The position numbers and the translations under genes are program-made. 64,000 bases of DNA from Pseudomonas sp. (GTDB lineage Bacteria > Pseudomonadota > Gammaproteobacteria > Pseudomonadales > Pseudomonadaceae). Numbering within the stretch: position 1 is the stretch's first letter; every line of letters starts with the position of its first letter. Location of the stretch: positions 49,169 through 113,168 of the forward strand of contig NZ_JAQGNX010000179.1 of NCBI RefSeq assembly GCF_028293835.1. Reading direction: 5' to 3'. This document shows positions 28,553-38,112 of the stretch, piece after piece. The notes beneath the pieces are model-generated. The model did not search any database. It saw only the letters and a list, made by a program, of their open reading frames with translations, and was not told where the DNA came from.

Positions 28553-29710
28553 TCACCTTTTCGGCGTCAGCCGAATAAGCCGTGCCTTACCCGCGTCTTC
28601 AATGAGCCAAAGGGCTCCATCCGGCGCGAGAGCGACATCGCGGATACGCTGCCCCATGTCCCAGCGATCTGCTTCACGTGCGTTTCCATTGGCGTCGATA
28701 ACCACACGCACAAGTGCTTGTGATCGTAAGCTGCCGATAAACGCTGAACCTTTCCAGTCGGGAAAGAGTTTCCCGGTATAAAAGGTCAAACCTGCAGGTG
28801 CTATCACAGGTGTCCAATAAAGGACCGGAGGTTCAAATTCAGGGTGCGTGTCGTGGCGTGGGATTGGCGTGCCGTCATAGTTGTCGCCATTTGATACGAC
28901 TGGCCAACCATAATTACGGCCAGGCTTCAGAAGATTGAGTTCATCTCCTCCCATTGGTCCCATTTCATCCAACCAAAGCTTTCCGTCCGGGGCGAACGCC
29001 AGTCCATAGGGATTGCGGTGTCCTGTCGTCCATGTTTGGGCTCTTACTCCGCCTTGACTCGCCATCGGATTGTCGTTGGGCGTCGTGCCATCGAGATTAA
29101 GCCGAAGTACCTTGCCGAGAGCCTGATCAGGATCCTGTGCGGTCTCGGGGCGCATTCTGTCTCCTGAGGTGAGAAACAGATGCTTACCGTCTGGCGAAAA
29201 AGCAACAATGCCCCCCGGTTGGCCACCGTGGCCTTTGGGCATCTGCCGCCAAATGACGTGCAGATTGCCAAGCGTCAGGTGGTTTTCAGTTCCGCTCAGT
29301 TGAGCGCGTGCCAATGCCAGACTGCTGCCGTTTGGACCGGGTTCGGAGTAGGTCAGGTAGATCGAATGATCACGGTCAAAGTGAGGCGAGATGGCGACGT
29401 CAAGCAAACCGTTTTGTCCGCTGTATTCGACTTTAGGCACACCGCCGATCTGCTGTTTGTTGCCGTCCTGAGTCACCAGAAACAGGCGGCCGGCCTTTTC
29501 GGTAACCAGCATTCTGCCGTCCTGGAAAAAAGCGAGCGCCCACGGAACGTCGAACGTGGTTACTGTGGTTTCCTGAAATGGCTTTGAGGGATTTGGTGTA
29601 TTTAAACCTGCATTCACCTGCGCAGTTGCAGGCAGCACGATGCCGAGGCTCAGGAAAACGGCTAGAGCCAGTGCAGATATTCGGCGACTAAGAAAAAAGG
29701 GCGAACGCAT
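28553..29710 (-). CDS. PQQ-dependent sugar dehydrogenase (YliI/sorbosone dehydrogenase-like)
   Basis: Signal peptide; PWALAF, GLLDVAISPHF, GKVLRLNLDG, TGHRNPYGLAF, GDELN, NYGWP. Confidence 0.88.
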   Translation of the reverse strand: MRSPFFLSRRISALALAVFLSLGIVLPATAQVNAGLNTPNPSKPFQETTVTTFDVPWALAFFQDGRMLVTEKAGRLFLVTQDGNKQQIGGVPKVEYSGQNGLLDVAISPHFDRDHSIYLTYSEPGPNGSSLALARAQLSGTENHLTLGNLHVIWRQMPKGHGGQPGGIVAFSPDGKHLFLTSGDRMRPETAQDPDQALGKVLRLNLDGTTPNDNPMASQGGVRAQTWTTGHRNPYGLAFAPDGKLWLDEMGPMGGDELNLLKPGRNYGWPVVSNGDNYDGTPIPRHDTHPEFEPPVLYWTPVIAPAGLTFYTGKLFPDWKGSAFIGSLRSQALVRVVIDANGNAREADRWDMGQRIRDVALAPDGALWLIEDAGKARLIRLTPKR

Positions 29711-29975
29711 GGTAATCCCCACGCTATTTAGGTTTTCCTATCATGCTGTCCATGCCCTTACATTGGCCAGCGCAAAATTACTGTACAGCCCGTACGTCAT
29801 AAATCCTGTAGCACTCCAGCCAGGTGTTCCGATTCTCACTCCTGAAATTGCTCCGGGTAAGGAATACCTCGGTTTTTTTATCGACGTGGAGTTGCGGGAT
29901 ACGTCACCTCGGGAGCCTATTGCCCCTCCGGTAGTGCTGCATCGCAACCAGCCACTTGAGGGAGAAAATTCGAAC

Positions 29976-31112
29976 TCAAGGGATTTTCATTGACCTGCTC
30001 ATCCAGGGCTTGCTCCTGCCGCAGCTTGAGTCAGCCGTATGCTGGCCCAGTTCTGGCGTGGTGAAGTCAGGCCGGCTGGGGTCACGCAGGAAGCGGATCG
30101 GGCTGTGCAGGTGCTTGCCGCCTTCGGTATCGGTGCCAATCAGGCCGCGACTGGCAGTATGTGGATGGGCCAGGGCTTCAGCGTAGTTGAGCACGGGGGC
30201 GACGCCGCCTGCCAGTCCCAACCGATGCATCCAATCGGCCAGCGACGCCTCGGCAAAAATCGACGTCAGCGTGGCGGATAACGCAGCCTGTGCTGGTGGA
30301 TCGGCGTCGAGCGCGCCAGGTAGCAGGTCCGGCCGCGACAAGGCTTCCAGTAATGTTGTGGCGGCGCGACGGTCGCGAGCATCCACACGCAGCCAGCGAC
30401 CTTCAGCGGTACGGTAGCTGGCGTTCAATGCATAAACGGCTGGGCCGGCGAAGTGGCTCGGCGTTTCCAGCGTGGCCAGCGCCGCTGCGGTAGCGCCGCC
30501 GCGCACGGCCAGTGCGGCATCATGCATGGAGATGTCGATATGATCGCCGCCCTGGCCGGCGCGTGCCGCGAGCAGCGCCATAAGGGTCGCCGACAGCGCG
30601 AAGTGTGCGGCAGCAACGCCGGCCAGGGACACGGTTGGTTCCACCGGCCGCCCATCGGCGTCGATCGCGAGCGCGCCGGCCAGTGCTTGCACCATCGTGT
30701 CGTGGGCGGCGACGTCTTTCAGCAGGCCGATTTGCCCGAATGCCGAAATCGAGCAGTAGACAATGTTCGGGTTGAGGGCGTTGGCATCGGCGTAGCCAAT
30801 GCCCAGCCGGTCGGCCACGCCGGGACGGAAGGATTCAAGCACCACATCGGCATCGCGGATCAAGGCGCGTGCGGTTTCTAGATGGGTGGGTTCTTTGAGA
30901 TCGAGGACGAGGCTGTGCTTGCCTCGATTGAGCACGCGAAAAGTGTCACCGTCGTTTTGGCCGGCAAGGCTACGTGGGCCCTGTCGAGTGGGGTCGCCTT
31001 GGGGGGGCTCGACTTTGATGACGTTGGCGCCGTGGTCGGCCATGATCGCCGAGACCATCGGTCCGGTCATGAACTGAGTAAAATCCAGGACAGTGATGCC
31101 GGTGAGTTTCAT
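29976..31112 (-). CDS. Family III (CaiB/BaiF) CoA-transferase
   Basis: VLDFTQFMTGP, VIKVEPPQGD, NRGKHSLVLDLK, SFRPGV, AHD (putative catalytic Asp). Confidence 0.85.
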   Translation of the reverse strand: MKLTGITVLDFTQFMTGPMVSAIMADHGANVIKVEPPQGDPTRQGPRSLAGQNDGDTFRVLNRGKHSLVLDLKEPTHLETARALIRDADVVLESFRPGVADRLGIGYADANALNPNIVYCSISAFGQIGLLKDVAAHDTMVQALAGALAIDADGRPVEPTVSLAGVAAAHFALSATLMALLAARAGQGGDHIDISMHDAALAVRGGATAAALATLETPSHFAGPAVYALNASYRTAEGRWLRVDARDRRAATTLLEALSRPDLLPGALDADPPAQAALSATLTSIFAEASLADWMHRLGLAGGVAPVLNYAEALAHPHTASRGLIGTDTEGGKHLHSPIRFLRDPSRPDFTTPELGQHTADSSCGRSKPWMSRSMKIP

Positions 31113-31211
31113 GGGGAAGACCTGCGAATAAGAAATCTGGAATTAGAAAGAAGAAAGGAGAGCTTAGAAACAAGAGCGGCGGGCCGCTGAAGCCTGAGAC
31201 GTGGCGCTCAT

Positions 31212-31247
31212 AAAAAAAGCCTCCCTGACAGGTCTGTCGGGGAGGGC
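31212..31247 (-). terminator. Intrinsic terminator-like hairpin after the crotonase gene
   Basis: Minus strand GCCCTCCCCGACAGACCTGTCAGGGAGGC followed by T7. Confidence 0.65.
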
Positions 31248-31258
31248 GTCGGTCGGTA

Positions 31259-32107
31259 TTAATGCCCGGTGAAGTTTGGCTTGCGCTTCTCTAAAAACGA
31301 TTTCACACCTTCGGTAGAATCGCTTGAGCCAACGAGCGAGGACTGAGCCAGACGCTCGAACACGCGTCCGGTTTCGGTGTCCATGTTCTGGCAGGCATTG
31401 GTGACGTGCTTGCCGATACCCACTGCCAGCGGCGCTCCCTTCATCAGCAGGCGCGCGTAGTCCATTACGTCGTTCATCAACTGGTCAGGCTCGCTGACTT
31501 TGCGCACGAAGCGCATGTCGCGGATTTCCTGGGCATCGACGGTGCGCCCGGTCATTACTAGATCCTTGACGTTCTCGATGCCGATCATCTGAATCATGCG
31601 CGAGCAGGCACCGGATGCCGGGATTACGCCGATGAAGATTTCCGGCAGCAGGAAGGTGGCGGTGCTAGAGGCGAAGCGGAAGTCGCAGGACGCTGCCAGC
31701 TCGATGCCACCGCCAGCGCAGATCCCGTTGACCGCAGCGATGACCGGCTTTTCGATGGACTCCAAGTCATTGAGCATGTCGTGGTTGGCGCGCACATAAG
31801 CGCGGTACTGTGGCAGCGGCATGCCGCGCTCGCCACGCAGTTCCTCGACGTCGCGACCGGCACAGAAGCCACGGCCAGTACCGGTGATCACGATCACTCG
31901 CACGCTGTCGTCGAAGCTCATTCGCCACATCGCGGCACGGATCTCACCGATCATTTCGGTGTTGAACGCGTTGAGCTTCTGTGGCCGATTCAGCGTAATG
32001 AGCGCCACGCCGTCTTCGGGCATGGTGATGTCCAGGGTCTTGAATCCATCAGGCTCAACCATGTATCCACGTGGCCCTTTCTTGTTATCGGGTATCCACT
32101 GCTGCAT
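31259..32107 (-). CDS. Enoyl-CoA hydratase/isomerase
   Basis: ITLNRPQKLNA, FCAGRD, CAGGGIELAASCD, LPEIFIG. Confidence 0.9.
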   Translation of the reverse strand: MQQWIPDNKKGPRGYMVEPDGFKTLDITMPEDGVALITLNRPQKLNAFNTEMIGEIRAAMWRMSFDDSVRVIVITGTGRGFCAGRDVEELRGERGMPLPQYRAYVRANHDMLNDLESIEKPVIAAVNGICAGGGIELAASCDFRFASSTATFLLPEIFIGVIPASGACSRMIQMIGIENVKDLVMTGRTVDAQEIRDMRFVRKVSEPDQLMNDVMDYARLLMKGAPLAVGIGKHVTNACQNMDTETGRVFERLAQSSLVGSSDSTEGVKSFLEKRKPNFTGH

Positions 32108-32173
32108 AAGTAACCTCTTTCCTGGCGTTTTTATCGAATGCTTCGTTTTATTCGAGCAATAAGGCGACAGCGA

Positions 32174-33760
32174 TCAGGCCGTAGCCGGGGCGAAGCGTTT
32201 GCGCAGTTCGCGCTTGAGAATCTTGCCTGCGGCGTTCATCGGGAAGCTGTCGATGAACTTGATCGCTTTAGGTGTTTTGTAGCTGGCCAGGCGTAGGCGT
32301 GCGAAGCCGATCAGTTCAGCCTCGGCGACGGTGGCGCCGTCGCGCAGGACCACGGCGGCGGTAACCGCTTCACCCCAATCGTCGTCGGGCAGGCCGAAGA
32401 CAGCGGCGAACTCAACTGCGGGGTGTTCTATCAGCACTGATTCCACTTCAGCGGAGGAGACGTTCATTCCCCCCGTGATCACCATGTCCTTGACCCGGTC
32501 GATCACGTGCAACAGGCCTTCCTCATCGATAAAACCGACGTCGCCGGTGTAGACCCACTCCCCGCGCAAGGTGTGTGCGGTTTCTTCTGGCAGGTTGTGA
32601 TAACCGGCAAAATTGCTGGGCGAACGCACGCTGATTTCACCCGCCTCGCCGGTCGGTAGCGGGGTGCCGTCTTGCAGGCTACGGATGACCAGTTCGGCGT
32701 ACTTGGCCGGTCGACCTGCAGTGCGCAGCCGTTCGTCAAGGCCATCGCCGGCGGTACTGCCACGGGGATGGTCTTCGGGTTTCAGATACGACACCAACCC
32801 GCCCATCTCGCCGCCGCCGAAGCCCTGATAGAAATCCCACGGCAGCAATGCCAACGCTTTGCGGATCATCGCTGCCGGCATTGGCGAGCCGGTGTAACCG
32901 AACAGCTTCAGCGAACTTATGTCGTATTTGGCTGGATCGTATTCCTCGCACATCCTGCTGAGCATGGTCGGCACGCCACACGCATGACCCACACCGTGTT
33001 CTGCAATAGCCTGCAAGGCATCGGCGGGCTTGAACGTTTCCGGTACGACATTGGCCACGCCATGATAGGCGGCGGCAAACGCCATCCAGATGCCAGCACC
33101 GGAAAAGAGCGGCAGCAGTTGCAGAAACGGAGCGTCAGTGGGTACGTCGAGTTCGCGGAAAAAGTTCTCGATACTCGACAGAATCTGTCGATGTGTTCCC
33201 AGGCAGCCTTTCGGTGCGGCGGTGGTGCCGCTGGTGTAGCGGATGGTGCGGATATCGTCGGGCGAGACTGCTGCCTCATCGAACGCTACGGCGGCAGTCT
33301 TGATTGCATCGTAATCATGCCAGCCGCTGTTCAACGTCGCGCCGCCATGCACGACAACGATGGCACCGGCCTGTTCGATCTGGGCACGGAAGGGCTCGAC
33401 GAAATCGGCATCGGTCAGGATTGCCTTCGGTTCGGAGTCCTGAAAGATCACCTCAACCTCTGCAGCGGTCAGGCCGTAGTTGATTGGCACGCCTACAAAC
33501 CCCGCACGGGCAAGGGCAAACAGCGCTTCGATTGCGTCTGGGCCGTTGCGCACGATGGTTGCGATGCGGTCGCCTCGTGTCAGGCCAAGGCTGGTCAATC
33601 CACCGGCCAGCGCGAGGGTGTGGGTGTCCAGTTCAGCCCAGGTATGGGTGAGTCCCTGTGGTCCGATCAAGGCCGGTGCAAGCGGTCTGGAGGCGACGTT
33701 GTGGGCCAACAGGTCACCTATCCGCAGCCTGCGGTTGTTATTGCTGGGATCAATAGACAT
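32174..33760 (-). CDS. Acyl-CoA synthetase (AMP-binding)
   Basis: YTSGTTAAPKG, GFGGGE, YTGDVG, DRVKDMVITGGMNV, AGKILKR. Confidence 0.9.
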   Translation of the reverse strand: MSIDPSNNNRRLRIGDLLAHNVASRPLAPALIGPQGLTHTWAELDTHTLALAGGLTSLGLTRGDRIATIVRNGPDAIEALFALARAGFVGVPINYGLTAAEVEVIFQDSEPKAILTDADFVEPFRAQIEQAGAIVVVHGGATLNSGWHDYDAIKTAAVAFDEAAVSPDDIRTIRYTSGTTAAPKGCLGTHRQILSSIENFFRELDVPTDAPFLQLLPLFSGAGIWMAFAAAYHGVANVVPETFKPADALQAIAEHGVGHACGVPTMLSRMCEEYDPAKYDISSLKLFGYTGSPMPAAMIRKALALLPWDFYQGFGGGEMGGLVSYLKPEDHPRGSTAGDGLDERLRTAGRPAKYAELVIRSLQDGTPLPTGEAGEISVRSPSNFAGYHNLPEETAHTLRGEWVYTGDVGFIDEEGLLHVIDRVKDMVITGGMNVSSAEVESVLIEHPAVEFAAVFGLPDDDWGEAVTAAVVLRDGATVAEAELIGFARLRLASYKTPKAIKFIDSFPMNAAGKILKRELRKRFAPATA

Positions 33761-33908
33761 CTGCGCTCTCTCCTGTTTTCTTGTTGTTGGGCGGTGCCGG
33801 AGCGGCAGACCGCATTGATTTCTCTTGCATCATGACGTAGATGCCTGGAGGCAGACCCTTGCCGGCGCGGTTCGGTTATGGGATCCGAACACGCTGGCAA
33901 GAGGATCA

Positions 33909-35108
33909 TCAGTCCAGTAGCAGTCCCTTGCGGCGACTCCAGTCGATCACGGTGTCGATACAACGCGCCAGCAGTTCCGGCTGGCCCAAATAGTAATGGG
34001 TGGCGCCATGCAGGCTGACGAATTCCTTATCCGGCGTGGCCAATGCGGCATGGATCAACGGATTGTGCGTAGCCGGTACGGCATCGTCGGCCTGGTTTTC
34101 GATTTGCAGCACCGGTGTGGTGTGGATGCGCGCGGCGTTGGCCGGACCCTTGGCGTTGGACAGGTCATAGGACCATTGCGACAGCCACGAGCGCAGCGTA
34201 GAGAAGCGCGCGAGTCCTACTGGACCGACGTTTACCGTGCGCGGATTCCCCATGTAACACCAGTCCGGCTTACGTCCGCTCGGGTCGATACTCGGGTCCA
34301 GCCAACGTACATCGCACATGGTGCGGTGGGTGACGAAAGCCCGCTCGACTTCACCGTCGCTGCGGGTGCGCAGTTTTTCCAGCAGTTCCTGGGCCCATGC
34401 GGTGATACGACGGTTGCGCGCGCGCTGTTCCTCACGGAAGGCCAGCACGAAGTCGGCGGAGAACGGCGCCTGGTTGGGGCAGCGCGGATCGTAAATATCA
34501 AATTCGCGGTTGCGCTGGTCCGGGTCCAGTTCGTTGACGACTGATGGGTCCAGCCATTCAGTCAACGTTTCGGCGCGGCTTAGGTGAGCGGCAATGAACA
34601 CCACGCCATCGGCGCGACTGAGTTTGGCTGCGGTCAGGTCGTAAGGGTCGCCGGCCGGAGTATGGGTGATCGTCGGGTTCTCGGCCTGAGCCTGATAGAA
34701 GAGCGACAGCGAACCACCGCCGGACCATCCCACCAGAACCACCTTTTCATAACCCAGCACTTCACGGGCGTGACGGATATAGGCACCCAGGTCGTAGACG
34801 ACCTTCTCCATGATCAGCGCGCTGTCGTTACGCGCATAACGGCTGCCGGCGCATAACACGTGCATGCCGGCTTCGGCCATTGCCGCAGGCATTGGCAGCA
34901 GTTGCAGCGTCGAGGTCGGGTGCATGAACAGGAACACCGTGTTCGACGGTCGCCCGCGAGGCACCAGGCGTTGGCCTTCCAGGGACGTGATGCCCTGGCT
35001 GCCGTTGAAGCCATAGGTTTCGGTCAGCGCCAGGGATTCGGAAAACTGCAGCACGACCGGGATACGGTCCCATTCGGCTTTGGTAAAAGTAGTCAATGTG
35101 GTTTCCAT
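33909..35108 (-). CDS. Alpha/beta hydrolase of an uncharacterised family
   Basis: GWSGGG nucleophile elbow, ADDAV and ATHYY candidate Asp/His; ATG 35108 overlaps the VOC stop. Confidence 0.8.
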   Translation of the reverse strand: METTLTTFTKAEWDRIPVVLQFSESLALTETYGFNGSQGITSLEGQRLVPRGRPSNTVFLFMHPTSTLQLLPMPAAMAEAGMHVLCAGSRYARNDSALIMEKVVYDLGAYIRHAREVLGYEKVVLVGWSGGGSLSLFYQAQAENPTITHTPAGDPYDLTAAKLSRADGVVFIAAHLSRAETLTEWLDPSVVNELDPDQRNREFDIYDPRCPNQAPFSADFVLAFREEQRARNRRITAWAQELLEKLRTRSDGEVERAFVTHRTMCDVRWLDPSIDPSGRKPDWCYMGNPRTVNVGPVGLARFSTLRSWLSQWSYDLSNAKGPANAARIHTTPVLQIENQADDAVPATHNPLIHAALATPDKEFVSLHGATHYYLGQPELLARCIDTVIDWSRRKGLLLD

Positions 35109-35632
35109 CAAACGGTGACTCCGGTCAGTTGGTGCTTGCGCCGCGTCCACTCGGCCAAGGCGGCGTGCGCCTCGCGTTCGGCCTCCTCAATGAAACCGGG
35201 CGCTTCGGTGCGTGTGGTGATCTCCAGGCGCAGGCCGTTGGGATCGAAAAAATAAATTGATTTGATGAAGTCATGGTCGACGATACCGCGCACTTCCACG
35301 CCAGCGGCCTCCAGGCGCGCTTTGTGTGCAAGGACCTGGTCGATACTCCCCACCTCCATTGCGAAGTGCTGGACCCAGTCGGGGGTGTTGGGCGAGGGCA
35401 ATGGTGCTTCGTTATTACCCAAATCGAAAAAGGCGATGTAGGAGTTGTCGCCCATGCGAAAGAACACATGGGCATACGGGCCTTTGCTGCCAGAGCTGGG
35501 CACCGCGTCGGCGGTCATGCAATGCACCAGCGGCAGACCCAGCAGATCTTCGTAAAACGCGCGAGTTTGCTCGGCGTCCCGGCAGGGGAAGGCGAAATGG
35601 TAGAGACCATTCACAGCGGATGGAACGGGCAT
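35108..35632 (-). CDS. VOC/glyoxalase superfamily protein
   Basis: LYHFAFPCRD...FYEDLLGL, QHFAMEV, SIYFFDPNGLRLEI. Confidence 0.88.
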   Translation of the reverse strand: MPVPSAVNGLYHFAFPCRDAEQTRAFYEDLLGLPLVHCMTADAVPSSGSKGPYAHVFFRMGDNSYIAFFDLGNNEAPLPSPNTPDWVQHFAMEVGSIDQVLAHKARLEAAGVEVRGIVDHDFIKSIYFFDPNGLRLEITTRTEAPGFIEEAEREAHAALAEWTRRKHQLTGVTV

Positions 35633-35718
35633 CTTTGCGCTCCTTCAGGTGAGGGATAACACGGGAAGTGACGGTGCGACAGGCGCCCGACTGTTTGAGA
35701 ATTCAATAAGGCAACGGT

Positions 35719-36933
35719 TCATGTCAGCTCTGCCTCTAGCGGAACGCGTGTGGCGTCGTAGCGGAACAACCAGTCGTAGCGCTCTTCGACACGACGCTCC
35801 TGCCACTCGGTCGTTACGTAGATTTCAGCTTCTTCGGCGTTGGAAAGCACGTTGCTGTGGAAGCGTCGGCCGTTCTCCGCCGAGCCATGCACTACGCGGC
35901 TGGTGCGTTCTATGCGGGCGGCTTCATAGCGTCTGAGCGCGGTGGGCACGTTATCGGCGTAGGTTTCCAGGCAGCGCGCAAGCACGTAGCCGTCCTCGAT
36001 TGCCATGCCCGCCCCCTGAGCCAGGAACGGCAGGGTCGGATGGCAGGCGTCGCCCAATAGAGTGGCGCGTCCGATCGACCAACGCTGCATGGGTTCACGG
36101 CCCAGCAGTGCCCATTTGTATGGCGAATCCAGTTTGCTGATCATGCTTTGCACGTCTTCGTGCCAGCCAGCGAAGTCAGCGGCGCATTCTTTTGCCGAAC
36201 CGCGCTCGGTCCACGATTCCACTTTCCAGTCACTGCGCTCGACGACTGCCACAAAGTTAAAAATCTCTCCGCGACGCAGGAAATAGTGAACGATATGGCC
36301 ACCGGGGCCGACCCAGTTAGTCCCGACCGGATTGAGCAGATGCTCGGGCAGCTCTCGTGCCGGAACCAGTCCACGCCACGCCACGCAGCCGGTAAAGACC
36401 GGGACACTGGCGCCAAATAGGGCCTGACGCAATGCTGAATGCACGCCATCCGCGCCGACCAGCGCATCGCCCTGGGCGCTACTGCCGTCGGCGAAGCGCA
36501 GCGTCGCGCAATGCTCGTCCTGTTCGCAGCCTACCGCGCGTTTGCCCAAATGGATTGCATCGGGCTTCAGCGCGCGTATTGCGTCAACCAGAATCTGATG
36601 GATGTCGGCGCGATGGATCATGAAATAAGGAAAGCCGTAGCGCTCGACTGAGGTTTCGCCCAAGTCAAACAGTTTCCAGGTCTGTCCGGTGTTCCACAGC
36701 CGTACTTCCTTACCCGACGGAATCGAGTAGACCTCACGCAGTTTTGGCTCCAGGCCCAACGCGAACAATACCCGCGCACCATTGGCGCCGATCTGGAAGC
36801 CTGCGCCGATCTCGCCCAGTTCGGTGGATTGTTCGTAAACGTCCACATCAATTCCGCGCTGGAGAAGGCTGAGCGCAGCAGTCAGGCCGCCGATGCCGCC
36901 GCCGGCGATGAGTACGTGCAAGGGTTTCGCCAT
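35719..36933 (-). CDS. Group A FAD-dependent monooxygenase (salicylate / 3-hydroxybenzoate hydroxylase-like)
   Basis: IAGGGIGG, EIGAGFQ, VGADGVHS, LLGDACHPTLPFLAQGAGMAIEDG. Confidence 0.9.
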   Translation of the reverse strand: MAKPLHVLIAGGGIGGLTAALSLLQRGIDVDVYEQSTELGEIGAGFQIGANGARVLFALGLEPKLREVYSIPSGKEVRLWNTGQTWKLFDLGETSVERYGFPYFMIHRADIHQILVDAIRALKPDAIHLGKRAVGCEQDEHCATLRFADGSSAQGDALVGADGVHSALRQALFGASVPVFTGCVAWRGLVPARELPEHLLNPVGTNWVGPGGHIVHYFLRRGEIFNFVAVVERSDWKVESWTERGSAKECAADFAGWHEDVQSMISKLDSPYKWALLGREPMQRWSIGRATLLGDACHPTLPFLAQGAGMAIEDGYVLARCLETYADNVPTALRRYEAARIERTSRVVHGSAENGRRFHSNVLSNAEEAEIYVTTEWQERRVEERYDWLFRYDATRVPLEAELT

Positions 36934-37016
36934 GAGTTGGTCGCTCCTCTGGGGTGATGCTTATGGTCGTACGTCTTGCCCGTGGCAACCGTCGGCCGTT
37001 TGTGTTTATGGTGTTA

Positions 37017-37045
37017 TTTCTAAATAGTTGACTTAAGTTTGTCAA
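37017..37045 (-). promoter_or_regulatory. Sigma70-like promoter for the monooxygenase operon
   Basis: Minus strand TTGACA (37045-37040), 17 nt, TAGAAA (37022-37017); overlaps a TTGAC-N8-GTCAA inverted repeat at 37028-37045. Confidence 0.5.
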
Positions 37046-37169
37046 TAACGAATTTGATTTTACGAAAATAAGACGGTTTTAGCGTCTGCTTGTTGTGTTG
37101 GATTTGCTTATTTCCGCTGACGAGGTATAGGTTTCGCTATTCAGAGCGCATCACCGGAAAGGAAAAACC

Positions 37170-38003
37170 ATGGCAAGAAAAATAAGTGCCCAGGACATTG
37201 TTCAGGAAGAAGAGGGCACACCGGCACGCGAGGATTCGCAACGGTCGATACAATCAGTGGAACTCGGCTTTCGTCTGATCCGTTGCCTGGAAGAGGCGTC
37301 GGGCCCGTTAACGCTGAAGGAGCTCTCGGCGCGCGCGAGCATGACTGCGAGCAAGGCGCACCTCTATCTGGTCAGTTTTCGTCGCGTCGGGCTGGTGCAG
37401 CAGGAGGCTGACTCTGGCCGCTACACGCTAGGGACGTATGCGTTACTCCTGGGTCTGTCGGCTCTGCGCAAGCTTGACGTAGCGCGACTGGCCCGCGAGC
37501 CGCTGCGGCAGTTGAGCGAGGAGACCGGTGAGAGTGCGTACCTGGCGGTCTGGGGCAATCGCGGCCCGTGCATTGTTTTGTGCGTCAACGGTCCACGACC
37601 GATGCCGATGTCGCTGCAGGTCGGTTACGTCCTACCGACGATCACCTCGGCAACCGGGCGTATCTTTTTTTCCTACCTGCCCCGCGCGGATACCGCCGAG
37701 ATCGTCAAGCTGGAGCAAGTCGAGTACCTGGCACGAGATGCCGATTACGGCGAGCCGGCACTGTTGCGTATTGCGGAGGAAACTCGCGCACGTTCGCTGT
37801 CGCGTACCGATAGTCTGCTCAACATTGGCTTCACTGCATTGTCGGCGCCGGTGTTCGCTTACGACGGCTCGCTGGCGGCCGCAATCACGGTGATCGGTCC
37901 AAGCTCAGGTATCGACGCTTCGCTGAGCGGGCGCGCGGCCAAGCGCCTGCTGGCCATTGCCCGGGGACTCAGCACGCAGATGGGTTGGAGTACCCCGGAG
38001 TGA
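37170..38003 (+). CDS. IclR family transcriptional regulator
   Basis: IQSVELGFRLI...TLKELS...SKAHLYL HTH; C-terminal SAPVFAYDGSLAAAITVIGP. Confidence 0.92.
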   Translation: MARKISAQDIVQEEEGTPAREDSQRSIQSVELGFRLIRCLEEASGPLTLKELSARASMTASKAHLYLVSFRRVGLVQQEADSGRYTLGTYALLLGLSALRKLDVARLAREPLRQLSEETGESAYLAVWGNRGPCIVLCVNGPRPMPMSLQVGYVLPTITSATGRIFFSYLPRADTAEIVKLEQVEYLARDADYGEPALLRIAEETRARSLSRTDSLLNIGFTALSAPVFAYDGSLAAAITVIGPSSGIDASLSGRAAKRLLAIARGLSTQMGWSTPE

Positions 38004-38021
38004 ATGTCAGCCCTAAGTCCA

Positions 38022-38065
38022 TTGACAAGGTTAAAAAATGAGGCTAAAAATTAAATCGAATTTAA
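38022..38065 (+). promoter_or_regulatory. Sigma70-like promoter with adjoining palindrome
   Basis: TTGACA (38022-27), 17 nt, TAAAAA (38045-50), then TTAAATCGAATTTAA (38051-65). Confidence 0.6.
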
Positions 38066-38112
38066 CAATAACAAAATAAGGCCGCCAAGCGGCCAGTTCC
38101 CTGGAGGAAGTA

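Noticed and set aside
29723-29975. ORF fragments and a CTTGAG...CTCAAG inverted repeat between the PQQ dehydrogenase and CoA-transferase
   Set aside because: No family match; stem too short with a long loop to call a terminator or IS end.
31113-31200. Polypyrimidine tract with CTAAT and CAG before the CoA-transferase ATG, resembling a spliceosomal 3' splice site
   Set aside because: Bacterial context, no donor site, and CAGGT at 7 nt spacing works as a ribosome-binding site; coincidence.
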